Shown: positions 8,186 through 16,886 of the stretch, piece by piece | Numbering within the stretch: the stretch's first letter is position 1 | Layout: every line of letters starts with the position of its first letter | Virus record (IMG/VR): IMGVR_UViG_3300020592_000105 | Span: 1-37,829 of that record | Length of the DNA stretch: 37,829 bases | DNA from: a virus | Lineage: Duplodnaviria > Caudoviricetes | Strand: one strand, 5' to 3' | The notes under the pieces: generated by a model | The model's input: only the letters and a program-made list of their open reading frames with translations | Told to the model about the DNA's origin: nothing | Database searches by the model: none | Program-made: the position numbers and the translations under genes

Positions 8186-10527
8186 CAGTAGCTCCTCCGG
8201 TTGGCGGCCTGGAGCTCATGAGCGAAGCCGCGCGCCGTCAGCGCGTCAGCCTCCATGCCGAACCTCTTGCCGCCGACGTTGAGTTCGACCTCGATCTTCT
8301 GCGACTGGCCGGGCAGCTTCAGGCCGTAGGCCGCGGCGTTGCGCGCGTTGTCGGCGAAAATCTGCGCGCCGCGGAAGCCGTCGTCGTAGGAAATGCCGCG
8401 GCTATGGGTCCAGTAAGCCTTTTGCTGCTCGAGCGGCAGGCTCCGGTAACGCTTCCAGAACGACGCGTCCCCGACCATGCGCGCCCGCTCCGCCGCCATG
8501 CTTTCGATGCGCAGCCTGCGGTCTGTGATGCCGCTCCAGTCCTCGGCCTTCTGGCCGAGATATCTGCCCGCTTGCCAGCCGCCGTAAGCGGCCGCGCCGA
8601 GCACACCTGCACCGCGAGCCAGCAATGCGCCGCGTCCCGTCACGCCTGCCGCGCCAGCGGCACCCGCTGCCAGGCCTGCCCCCGTTCCGGCGGTGCCAGC
8701 CGCTCTGGCGATTCCGGCGACGGAGGCCGCAAGCTTCGCGCCGCCCTTCAGGCCGAACAGCGCGACGAGCGCCTTGCTGAGCCCTGTGACGGCGATCGTC
8801 GCCATGCCAAGAATTCCGGTGAAACGTGCCATGCCGACGAAGAGCGCAAGCGTCATCGGGTCGGTGTTCAGGAAGTCGGAGATCGGCCTGATGAGGCTGT
8901 CCTTGATGAAGCCGAGGACGTCCATGAATGCGTCGAAGGCATCTTTGAAGGACTGCGCGAATTCGGTCACGCCGTCGCGCAGCGCGTTCAGCCACGTGAA
9001 CTTCTGAGCGTCGCCACCCCGCAGAACCTCAAATACGTCCATCACGAGGTCGCGGACGGCGAAGAGACCGTCCCTGATCTTGTTCAGCCACTCGTAGTGG
9101 GAGTTGTCCCCGTTCATCGCAGTCTCGACCTCGCGGCGGAAGTCGCGGACCTTGCGCATGAGTTCGTCGAGCTTCTTGAACGCCGCGTTCAGCCACTCCG
9201 TCTTGAAGCCGGAACGCTGGCCTCCGAAAATCCCCATCGCGTCGGTGGTGAGATTACGCGTGCCAACGAATCCTGCCTTCACGAGCGAGGCGATCGAACC
9301 GCGAGACTTCACCAGCCACTCGGTGACGGCCGCATTCGTTTCGGTCAGCAGCGGAAGCAGCTCGCGCGAGACGGCGAGCTTGACGCCGCCGATGCTCCGT
9401 TGAAGGTTTTCTGCGGAATCCTGGTACGCCCCGCCAATTTTCGCATCGGCTTCGGTGACCACTCCGCCGAGACGCTCCAGCTCCCGCCGGTAGTCCTCGA
9501 GGCCCTTGCGGCCGGACATCAGGAGGTTGAGCATCTTGGGGCCTGCGTCTTCGCCGAACAGCAGGACGGAATAGCGTAGGCGCTCGACCGGATCGTGAAC
9601 CTGTCGGATCGCGTCGCCCAGCGCGACGAAGCCCGTCACGCCGCCGCGCGAGGCCTTGTCCACGTCTAGGCCGTATGCCTCAAGGCCGAACAGCGCTTCG
9701 CCTGCGGGGCCGAACGACTTGCGCATCGTCTCCTGCATCTTCAGGAGTTCCGATAGTTCCTGCCTGCGCTGCTGGATCATCTTCGCGCGGGAAAGCTGTC
9801 CGGCGAAGTCGAGCCTCGGGCCGCCGTAGCTGTCAAGCTTGGAGATCTGGTCCTGCACGAAGGCGATGCGCTCGTTGATGGCAGCCATCGAGCCGCCACG
9901 GGCGGCGGCGATGCTGTCGGCCGCGCTCTGGAATCCGGCCGCGTCGCGCCCGAGCAGCGCAAGCGTCGCGTCGCCGCTGGCAAGCGCGTGCATCTTTCGG
10001 AACTCGGCATTGCCATCGGCAATGGCTTGGCGAACCTTCAGAAACTCAGTGCCGATCTTGGCGATGCCCTTGGTGACTTCCTCGGGATCGACGCTTTCCC
10101 GCGCTGCGGCGAAGCTGAGCACGCTGAGATCTTCGGTGCTGACTCCGAGACGCTTTGCGTCCTGTGCGAATTTGCCGAGTTCGACGGACGAATCCCGGGA
10201 AGCCTTGATGGCTGCGGCCCCGATGCCAGCCACGGAGGCGGCAGCCGCGGCAGCGCCGACGGTGATCCCCGTGAAAGAGAGCTTCGCCCCCTTAAGCATC
10301 CCGGCAAAACCGACGGTTCCGACGGAGCCTGCCGCGAGCTGGAGACCGCGCAGGCTGCGCTTGGCCCGTTCGATGTCTTTCTCCATGGGCTTCAGCGCGT
10401 CGGCGGCCTTGGCCTTCACGCCGTCCAGCGAATCCTTTGCGCCCTTCCCGAACAGCCGGAAGCCAGCCGTCGCCTCGCGGAGCCCGGCAAGGGTGAACTT
10501 GGTCTTGATTTCCGGCGTCACGCTCAC
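8185..10527 (-). CDS. tape measure protein
   Basis: 780 aa, Ala/Gly-rich, helical; AKRLGVSTEDLS and LFGE..G.KML motifs; canonical position after chaperones. Confidence 0.9.
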   Translation of the reverse strand: MSVTPEIKTKFTLAGLREATAGFRLFGKGAKDSLDGVKAKAADALKPMEKDIERAKRSLRGLQLAAGSVGTVGFAGMLKGAKLSFTGITVGAAAAAASVAGIGAAAIKASRDSSVELGKFAQDAKRLGVSTEDLSVLSFAAARESVDPEEVTKGIAKIGTEFLKVRQAIADGNAEFRKMHALASGDATLALLGRDAAGFQSAADSIAAARGGSMAAINERIAFVQDQISKLDSYGGPRLDFAGQLSRAKMIQQRRQELSELLKMQETMRKSFGPAGEALFGLEAYGLDVDKASRGGVTGFVALGDAIRQVHDPVERLRYSVLLFGEDAGPKMLNLLMSGRKGLEDYRRELERLGGVVTEADAKIGGAYQDSAENLQRSIGGVKLAVSRELLPLLTETNAAVTEWLVKSRGSIASLVKAGFVGTRNLTTDAMGIFGGQRSGFKTEWLNAAFKKLDELMRKVRDFRREVETAMNGDNSHYEWLNKIRDGLFAVRDLVMDVFEVLRGGDAQKFTWLNALRDGVTEFAQSFKDAFDAFMDVLGFIKDSLIRPISDFLNTDPMTLALFVGMARFTGILGMATIAVTGLSKALVALFGLKGGAKLAASVAGIARAAGTAGTGAGLAAGAAGAAGVTGRGALLARGAGVLGAAAYGGWQAGRYLGQKAEDWSGITDRRLRIESMAAERARMVGDASFWKRYRSLPLEQQKAYWTHSRGISYDDGFRGAQIFADNARNAAAYGLKLPGQSQKIEVELNVGGKRFGMEADALTARGFAHELQAANRRSY

Positions 10528-10811
10528 TGGGTCAGTTCCTTCCAGGCCTTCTCGTCTCCGGACATCGCGGTAGCGACTGCCCGGGCAATGTTCATTCGAT
10601 CCCTCAGTTCTTGCTGCCTCAGCACCCGCATGCGCATCTCCAGCTGCAGGGGCGAGAGGGCGAGGCCGTCAATCCCGGTTCGGTTTGTGTAGTCGACGGC
10701 CTGCTTGACCATCTCCACGAATCCGCCGTTCAGGTTCACACCGCCTTTGCGTCGGGCTGGAGGGTGAGGATTCCCGCCTCCGCCAGCGCCCGCAGAACCT
10801 TGGTAAAAAAA
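10524..10811 (-). CDS. tail assembly chaperone GT C-terminal part (-1 frameshift extension)
   Basis: Open -1 frame from the T7 slippery run at 10805-10811 to the stop overlapping the TMP start; LSPLQL...helical C-terminus. Confidence 0.6.
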   Translation of the reverse strand, partial: FFYQGSAGAGGGGNPHPPARRKGGVNLNGGFVEMVKQAVDYTNRTGIDGLALSPLQLEMRMRVLRQQELRDRMNIARAVATAMSGDEKAWKELTQ

Positions 10812-11218
10812 TCGTCGAGGCCGCCATCCCCGAGAGTCGCCTTGACGGCGATCGAGAACATCGGAAGCGTCACCTCGTCCGGAGCCGACGCGAACCACTC
10901 GCGGAAGGCAGGAGTGTCTCGGCGGAAGGCCACGCCGACGAAGGCAGCAACGGCCGCCGCACCCGCGTCCACGAGGATGGAAGCCAGCGTCGGCTGCATC
11001 TCCGGCGGCAGCGGCTTGCCGGACTTGTCGACCCGCGCTTCGAAGATGTCGAGCAGCCCGCGGAACTCCTTCACGAGCCGCAGGCACTGAATGATCGTGA
11101 CCGGGTAGACCTCCGTCTCGTAGCCGCCGTACGAGAACGTAAGCGTGTCGTGCGACACGCTCGCCATGAGAGCTGCCAGCGGATCGGCGCCGTCGATTTC
11201 CGGGATGTTCTTGCTCAT
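10736..11218 (-). CDS. tail assembly chaperone (gpG-like)
   Basis: Between tail tube and TMP; AAGGAGG RBS; slippery site near 3' end. Confidence 0.75.
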   Translation of the reverse strand: MSKNIPEIDGADPLAALMASVSHDTLTFSYGGYETEVYPVTIIQCLRLVKEFRGLLDIFEARVDKSGKPLPPEMQPTLASILVDAGAAAVAAFVGVAFRRDTPAFREWFASAPDEVTLPMFSIAVKATLGDGGLDDFFTKVLRALAEAGILTLQPDAKAV

Positions 11219-11286
11219 GCGGATGCCTCCTTTGTCAGCATGAAGGAATGGTCTGGCGGCACGGCTGCGCCGCTAGCGCAGGTTCG

Positions 11287-12087
11287 TCAGGCGATCTTCT
11301 CGAGGCCGCGGACCTGTCCGTATGACTTGCCAGCGGACTTGCCGGAAACGGCGAAGACGCGGCCCGTAAGGGTCGCCGAGTGCAGTCCTTCGGTGTTGAT
11401 GGAGGCCACCGCGCCGGACGGGCGCAGCTCGACTTCCCAGTAGGTCTGCTCGACTTCCTCGCCGGGGTTTCCGTCGGCGACAACGCCAATGACGACCAGC
11501 TCACCGCGGATGCCCGAGGTTGACATCAGACCGAGGTCGAGCAGCTTATCGGCCTCGGTGATGGCCGGCAGCGAGTACTTGACGACCGCGTCGTCGGCTT
11601 CCCAAGCCTCGGGAAGAGCGAGGATTTCAATGAACCCGGTCTTGTGGACCGTGTAGTGGACGTCGGCCGTCAGGGTGACCGCGTCCTCGGTCTCGCCGTC
11701 GTCGATGGCGGTCACGGTCGGGTTGATGCCGGGCAGCCTGATGATGTCCCCGGGCGCGACGTCTTCAACGACGAGCGTGCCCGACGAAACGGCGGACTGG
11801 GTGACGTAAGCCTTGTTCGACATGAACAGCGCCTGGTGCAGGAGTTCCGTCCAGGACTCCACCGTCATCGTGATGGTGCCGTCCTTGGTCACGCCCCAGG
11901 TGCCGATGAGCCTGCGGTCGCCGAACTCGGCCGACCAGGATTCGACTTCCTGGATGTTGGGCGTGAACTCGAAGGACGGCACGGAGCCGAACTTCAGGTA
12001 CTTGTTCGTGCCCTTGGGCTTGAAAACCACCTGGCCGCCCATGATGCGCTGCTTGTTGGTGATCGGGGAAACTGCGAGGGTCGCCAT
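11287..12087 (-). CDS. major tail (tube) protein
   Basis: GQVVFKPKG...FGSVPSFEFTPNIQE pattern and position; followed by a hairpin at about 11254-11277. Confidence 0.8.
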   Translation of the reverse strand: MATLAVSPITNKQRIMGGQVVFKPKGTNKYLKFGSVPSFEFTPNIQEVESWSAEFGDRRLIGTWGVTKDGTITMTVESWTELLHQALFMSNKAYVTQSAVSSGTLVVEDVAPGDIIRLPGINPTVTAIDDGETEDAVTLTADVHYTVHKTGFIEILALPEAWEADDAVVKYSLPAITEADKLLDLGLMSTSGIRGELVVIGVVADGNPGEEVEQTYWEVELRPSGAVASINTEGLHSATLTGRVFAVSGKSAGKSYGQVRGLEKIA

Positions 12088-12106
12088 GTTCGGTCTCCGG
12101 ATTAGC

Positions 12107-12568
12107 TTAGCTGAGAAGGTTCGTTTCGGGGGTGCTGTCGGCCGTCATGACGTCGCAGCTGTAGGTGAGTGTCTGCGAAAGCATGTAGCCCTCTGACACG
12201 GCTACGGGGGTGACCGGAGAGGTGTTGGCCAGCCGCCACTGCTGGAGCTTGCCGACGCCGAGGTCTGAAGACTTGAGCAGCGCCTTCTCAACGGCGACCG
12301 CCAGACCGTCGAGCGCGTCCTCGGCGTTCTCCACGTCGTCCTCGACGCAGAGACGGATGCTGACGGACATGCCGCGCGTGTAAACGCGCTGGCCCTGGCT
12401 GTCCGAAACGCCGGAGACGGTTTCCGTCACGCCGACAAGGGCAAGGGGAAAGTCGTCCTGCTGGAAGCCACGGACGATGCGGGACTCGTCATGCACGCCC
12501 GAGAGGGCCGCGACTGTCGCTAGCCGTGCCTGCACGCCCTTGCGTAGCTGTGTCCGAACATGCGCCAT
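12107..12568 (-). CDS. tail terminator/completion protein
   Basis: MAHVRTQLRKGV...FPLALV...EDALDGLAVAVEKAL pattern; immediately upstream of tail tube. Confidence 0.7.
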   Translation of the reverse strand: MAHVRTQLRKGVQARLATVAALSGVHDESRIVRGFQQDDFPLALVGVTETVSGVSDSQGQRVYTRGMSVSIRLCVEDDVENAEDALDGLAVAVEKALLKSSDLGVGKLQQWRLANTSPVTPVAVSEGYMLSQTLTYSCDVMTADSTPETNLLS

Positions 12569-12930
12569 CAAGCGGTCTTCTTCCGGTAAAGGGTCACCTC
12601 GCACATAGCGTTGCCGTCAAACCTGCATCTTTCTACTGCGTAGGCGGTGCCGGAGATCGTGAGCGTGTCGTCGTTGTCGACCCAGAGAGACGGGTCCTTG
12701 GAGGCCCGGGACGGAGCCAGCCGCAGCAGCTCGTCCTTGGCGATCCACGCCGTCGGCACGCCGGACACGACCTCGATCCCGTCAGCGTCGACGGCAGCTT
12801 GGGCAGAGTTGAAGATGAGGTCGATGACGACCGGGGCTGCCGCGTCATGCCGCTTCCAGTAATGCACGCCCGGCTCGCCAAACGTGCGCTGGAAAACCCT
12901 CGCCATGCTTGCGAAAACGCGCGCCGCCAT
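12568..12930 (-). CDS. head-tail joining protein (gpFII-like)
   Basis: FGEP...DTLTISGTAYAVE...DG beta-rich pattern; AAGGAG RBS before ATG 12930. Confidence 0.65.
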   Translation of the reverse strand: MAARVFASMARVFQRTFGEPGVHYWKRHDAAAPVVIDLIFNSAQAAVDADGIEVVSGVPTAWIAKDELLRLAPSRASKDPSLWVDNDDTLTISGTAYAVERCRFDGNAMCEVTLYRKKTA

Positions 12931-13032
12931 TTCAGACAACTCCTTGAAATTGCTGGCACCGACGGCCGCTTGATGCACCTAAGGCGGGCTTAGCTACTAA
13001 AGAGACGAATGCGAAATTGGGGAGGAGACGGG

Positions 13033-13254
13033 TCATGCCTCTTCCTCGTCAGGCGAAGGGTTAGGATTGATGAACTCGCCGTCGATACGCATCCAGCCGA
13101 TCCACGGCTCTGGCGCGTCCTCGCGGCACACGGCTTCCCACCCATCCGGCATCCGCGGCGGCATGCCGACCGTCACATTCACGACAAGCCCGTCCTCGTC
13201 CAGGATCAAGAACTCGCAGTCGATGGTATGCGGCTCATACGGCTGATGACTCAT
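13033..13254 (-). CDS. small fibre-associated protein
   Basis: GLVVNV...PWIGW...GEFINP pattern typical of short genes following Gly-rich fibre genes. Confidence 0.55.
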   Translation of the reverse strand: MSHQPYEPHTIDCEFLILDEDGLVVNVTVGMPPRMPDGWEAVCREDAPEPWIGWMRIDGEFINPNPSPDEEEA

Positions 13255-13259
13255 TCTCT

Positions 13260-14954
13260 TCACTCCCAAACGTAAACGTGGAACCGAGCGGCACCCGCGC
13301 CGCCTTTGCCGCCGAAGTACCCCGACCCGCCGCCATGGCCGCCGCCGCCGCCCGGCCAGCCGCCATAGCCGCCGTGTTGCACATGAGAGCCGCCCGCGCT
13401 TCCGTGCTGGAACGGGGTTGTCGCGTCCTTGCCGTTGGACGACGGACGTCCAACGGCTCCCGTACCGCCAGCCATCCGCAGCTCGGGGATGGAGTCGTTG
13501 GACGCGCCGCCCCGCTTCGCCTCGCCGTCGCCGAGATAAACAGCCGCACCAGCGCCCGGACCTGTCGGACGGTCTTTCGGTGAAACAAACGTGGCGTTTG
13601 AGCCGGAAACAGCCGCTGTTACGATGCCGACAATATCGGTGGATCCGCCTGCACTGCTGTGGGTGCCGCCAGCAGCGACCATAAAGTCGATGACATCAGG
13701 CAGCAGCGCGTATGGCACGGTAGCGACGGCTACCTTGCCGGGAGCGCCCCCCTTACCAACGTTGCCGCTGCCGCTCCAGCCGCCGCCGCCGCCGCCGACC
13801 GCCTCGCAGTCAACTTCGACGGACGAGATGGCGACATCGCCCGCAATTGACAACAGATCTGTTTTGCTGATCGAGCCGGATGTCGCCTGGACGATTGACC
13901 CCTTGTAGACGCGCTCAAGCGGCTGCTGCGGACGCACCCATTTGTAGACATGAAAACGCACCGCGCCTGCGCCGCCGCTGCCGGCGGTATACGATTTGCC
14001 GCACGCGCCTCCGCCTCCCGGCCAGCCCCCATTGCCGCTGTAGGAGACGGCGCCCGCGCCGCCGCCGCTTCCGTGCTGGAACGGGGTTGTCGCGTCAAGC
14101 CCGTTCCTGTTGGCGCTGGAAGAGCTCGACCCCACGCCGCCCGCAAGGCGGAGTTCGGGGATGGAGTTATTGGACGCGCCGCCGTCCCAGCCAGGTGACG
14201 ACGAGTTGGACAGCGCGCCCTGTCCAGGGCCTGTCGGCCGGTCCTTGTTTGCATACCCGTCGATTCCCGACGACGGAACGGACACGATGCCGACGATCTC
14301 GGATGCGCCGCCCTCGTTGATGGTATTCAACGAGGTGCCAATGCCGCCCGCGCCGACAATGAATTCGATCGTTTCCGGCAGATCGACGTATGGAACGGAT
14401 AGCTTGGCAACCTTACCAGGTGTCCCTCCTAAGTTATTATTTGGGGACGCACGGCCCGACGCGCCGCCGCCGACAACCTCGCAATCGACCTCAACATCTG
14501 CCTCGTCGGCATCATCGATCAAGGCCAGAAGATCGGCTTTGTCGAGCGCGCCGGACGTGGCGTGGACGGACGAACCGACGTAAACGCGTTCGGCTTCAAG
14601 CGGCTGACCCGGCGTGACCGTACAGGTCCCAGAGACGTCTAACGACGCGAAAGATCCACCCTCATAGCTCGCGATGGTGACCTCGAAGGGCGGGTCTCCC
14701 GGAGTGACCGTATAGTGGGCAGATTTTCCGGACGTCTGGCCGACCGGAATGGTGCAGAGGACGCCGCCAGAGAGGGTGAGTACGAGGTCCGTGCCGGACA
14801 CGGGATGCGACAGCGTGACCGGAACATAGGCCTCGGTCGCTCCGTCAGGCAGGGTGACGTCTTCGAGGTGGACGACCGCGTGAACGCCTGCGACCCCGCG
14901 GCGGCGCACCGTCGGCGCGGCCATCTGCAGCGCTGCCATCGAGGCGCGCATCAT
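13260..14954 (-). CDS. virion fibre/adhesin with Ig-like N-terminus and two tandem glycine-rich domains
   Basis: Two ~220-aa repeats sharing VEVDCE.VGGG, KDRPTGPG, SIPELR.AGG, DATTPFQHGS, GGWPGGGG and RFHVY.W. Confidence 0.7.
   Translation of the reverse strand: MMRASMAALQMAAPTVRRRGVAGVHAVVHLEDVTLPDGATEAYVPVTLSHPVSGTDLVLTLSGGVLCTIPVGQTSGKSAHYTVTPGDPPFEVTIASYEGGSFASLDVSGTCTVTPGQPLEAERVYVGSSVHATSGALDKADLLALIDDADEADVEVDCEVVGGGASGRASPNNNLGGTPGKVAKLSVPYVDLPETIEFIVGAGGIGTSLNTINEGGASEIVGIVSVPSSGIDGYANKDRPTGPGQGALSNSSSPGWDGGASNNSIPELRLAGGVGSSSSSANRNGLDATTPFQHGSGGGAGAVSYSGNGGWPGGGGACGKSYTAGSGGAGAVRFHVYKWVRPQQPLERVYKGSIVQATSGSISKTDLLSIAGDVAISSVEVDCEAVGGGGGGWSGSGNVGKGGAPGKVAVATVPYALLPDVIDFMVAAGGTHSSAGGSTDIVGIVTAAVSGSNATFVSPKDRPTGPGAGAAVYLGDGEAKRGGASNDSIPELRMAGGTGAVGRPSSNGKDATTPFQHGSAGGSHVQHGGYGGWPGGGGGHGGGSGYFGGKGGAGAARFHVYVWE
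13263..14600 (-). repeat. intragenic tandem duplication (~670 bp unit)
   Basis: Protein repeat; 31-bp exact DNA match at 13397-13427 and 14066-14096. Confidence 0.85.
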
Positions 14955-14958
14955 GGGA

Positions 14959-15279
14959 TCAGCCCTCGACGATGGTGACGTCCGAAGCGTCAGCCGAATA
15001 GAAGCCAAGGCTCGCGCCCGGGGTCACCGAGAACGAGAATGCGACGCCCGCGTCGAGCAGGAAGCCCGTCTCGGAAATGTCGTCCTCGCCGCCGACGAGG
15101 AAATAGGTGTCGGCCGTAGCCTTGAGGAGGACGAGCGTGGTCGTGACCGCAACGACATGAGCGTCGCCAGTTTCGGCTTCGAGAGCGAGGCGAGTGCAGT
15201 TAGCAGCCGTCGGAGCCGGATGCGCGGGCAGCGCATGGTTGTTCACGCCGAGAGCGGTAAGGACTTGCGGATGCGCCAT
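14959..15279 (-). CDS. small beta-rich virion protein (possible head spike base)
   Basis: 106 aa directly after MCP; GGAG RBS; beta-sandwich-like pattern. Confidence 0.55.
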   Translation of the reverse strand: MAHPQVLTALGVNNHALPAHPAPTAANCTRLALEAETGDAHVVAVTTTLVLLKATADTYFLVGGEDDISETGFLLDAGVAFSFSVTPGASLGFYSADASDVTIVEG

Positions 15280-15317
15280 CGTGCCGGCTCCAAGGATTCA
15301 GTTCATGGAAGGGGAGC

Positions 15318-15387
15318 GCCGGAGGACGACAAGGAGGCAACCGCCCTCCGGCTGCAGCCGCCCGCGAAGGATGAGAACGCGGGCGGC
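15318..15387 (-). promoter_or_regulatory. tandem GC-rich hairpins after the major capsid gene
   Basis: Stems 15357-15366/15378-15387 (10 bp) and 15318-15325/15345-15352 (8 bp). Confidence 0.55.
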
Positions 15388-15393
15388 AATAGG

Positions 15394-16386
15394 TTAGGAC
15401 TTCTTGATGCGGACGATCGCGCGCGGGCGCTCCACGTAGTGGATGTGATTCGATTCCGTGCACAGCTCGATGCCGCGGCCGAACGGCATCGGCTCGCCCA
15501 TCGTGTAGAGCGGCAGGCCGATCGTGTTGGCAGCCTCCAGCGTGTCGGCCGGGGCGAAACGCGCCTGGTAGATCGGAGCGATCGGGCATAGGAATGCTTC
15601 GTCCGGAGCGATGAACTCGAGGTCCCCGACCTTCGACTTGTGGTAGGACACCACCTCGATGTCGTCGGCGATCATGAAGCCCCTGCGGTTGTCGGCGCGC
15701 AGGTAAGCGCCGTCCTGCCAGCGGTCGAACGCCTTCTCGACCGACGCGTGGCTGGTGATTTCGGACCAGATGGCCGAGCCGCAGATCAGCTTGTAGCCGC
15801 TTGCGAGGGTGGCGCCGAGTTCGACTTCCGACTTGCGCTTCGCCTGGATCAGCTGGTCGCGGACATTGGTCGTCGCCGTGCCGAGCGCGATGTCGTGGCT
15901 GTTGCGGGAAACGCCGAACTCGGAGTGCCAGTCGTAGATGACGTCGCCATTCGCGTCGTAGAGGACGCCGGAGATCGCGCCGGCTCGAGCGAATTCCCAG
16001 GTTACCTCGTGGTTTGCCTGCATGGCAGCCAGTTTTTCCGCACGCTTGGCTTCGACAGTCTCCATCTGGCTCTCGGAGCCGAACGCCCTCACGCCTTGAA
16101 CCTCGGCGGCGAGGATCGAATCGTAGTGCGGATAGTGCGGGACGAGCAGCGAGCGGGCGCGGCGCGGATCGCGCTTGACGGCGGCAAGTTTACCTCCTCC
16201 TCGCGGAGCCGACGGGACGACCGACAGGCTGCCGTCCTTCTCTTCTACGACGATCGAGACGGTGTTCACGCCCTGCTCGTTCCAGGGCAGCCACTGGCCG
16301 AGTTCGTGGGGCTTCTCGGGAAGCTTGTTGACGGCGGATGTCAGCGACGTGAAGGAAAAGAGGTCGCTCTCGAAAACGTTCAGCAT
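15394..16386 (-). CDS. major capsid protein (lambda gpE family)
   Basis: FSFTSLTSAVNKLP, PRGG, SILAAEVQGVRAFGSE, RFAPADT...NTIGLPLY, ESN...RPRA motifs. Confidence 0.92.
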   Translation of the reverse strand: MLNVFESDLFSFTSLTSAVNKLPEKPHELGQWLPWNEQGVNTVSIVVEEKDGSLSVVPSAPRGGGKLAAVKRDPRRARSLLVPHYPHYDSILAAEVQGVRAFGSESQMETVEAKRAEKLAAMQANHEVTWEFARAGAISGVLYDANGDVIYDWHSEFGVSRNSHDIALGTATTNVRDQLIQAKRKSEVELGATLASGYKLICGSAIWSEITSHASVEKAFDRWQDGAYLRADNRRGFMIADDIEVVSYHKSKVGDLEFIAPDEAFLCPIAPIYQARFAPADTLEAANTIGLPLYTMGEPMPFGRGIELCTESNHIHYVERPRAIVRIKKS

Positions 16387-16434
16387 GGTGTGTCTCCAGG
16401 TCGCTGTGTGTCTTTTGGTCGGTGCCGGCGGCGC

Positions 16435-16836
16435 TTAGATCGCCGCGTTGACCTTGATGCCCTTGGCCGCGAGGGCGGCGGCGACGTCGGTGACGTCCGT
16501 GGCCGCGCCGAAGACGAGATCGCTGTCGCGAACGACCGCGTCGGCGTCGATGACCGAGGCCACTGCGGCGGCGGCGGTTGCGTCCGTCCCGCGAAGAACG
16601 ATGGCGACGTCGAGATCCGCGGCAGACCCGTAGTCGGTGATCGCGGCGGCGGTGGCGAGGATGTGCTTGCCCGTCGGGACGTACACCTCGTCGTCCTCGA
16701 CGTGCTCGGCGATGACGACCGAACCCGGCTTGTAGACCGCGCCGGACTTCAGGGTGCGCGCGCCGCGGCTGCGGAAGCCGTTCGCTTCGGAAATGAGGAA
16801 GCCCTCGTCGACGGGGCCCATGGTCAGTGCGGTCAT
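16435..16836 (-). CDS. head decoration protein (gpD-like)
   Basis: FLISEANGFRSR...LKSG...PGSV pattern; between protease and gpE. Confidence 0.85.
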   Translation of the reverse strand: MTALTMGPVDEGFLISEANGFRSRGARTLKSGAVYKPGSVVIAEHVEDDEVYVPTGKHILATAAAITDYGSAADLDVAIVLRGTDATAAAAVASVIDADAVVRDSDLVFGAATDVTDVAAALAAKGIKVNAAI

Positions 16837-16886
16837 TTCAGTCTCTCCGGGTCAGGAATGTTCGGTGTCGGGGCCGTCTGGCGGGC

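Noticed and set aside
13263-14600. Diversity-generating retroelement TR/VR pair
   Set aside because: Both repeats are in-frame protein domains diverged at all base types with indels, and no reverse transcriptase is seen
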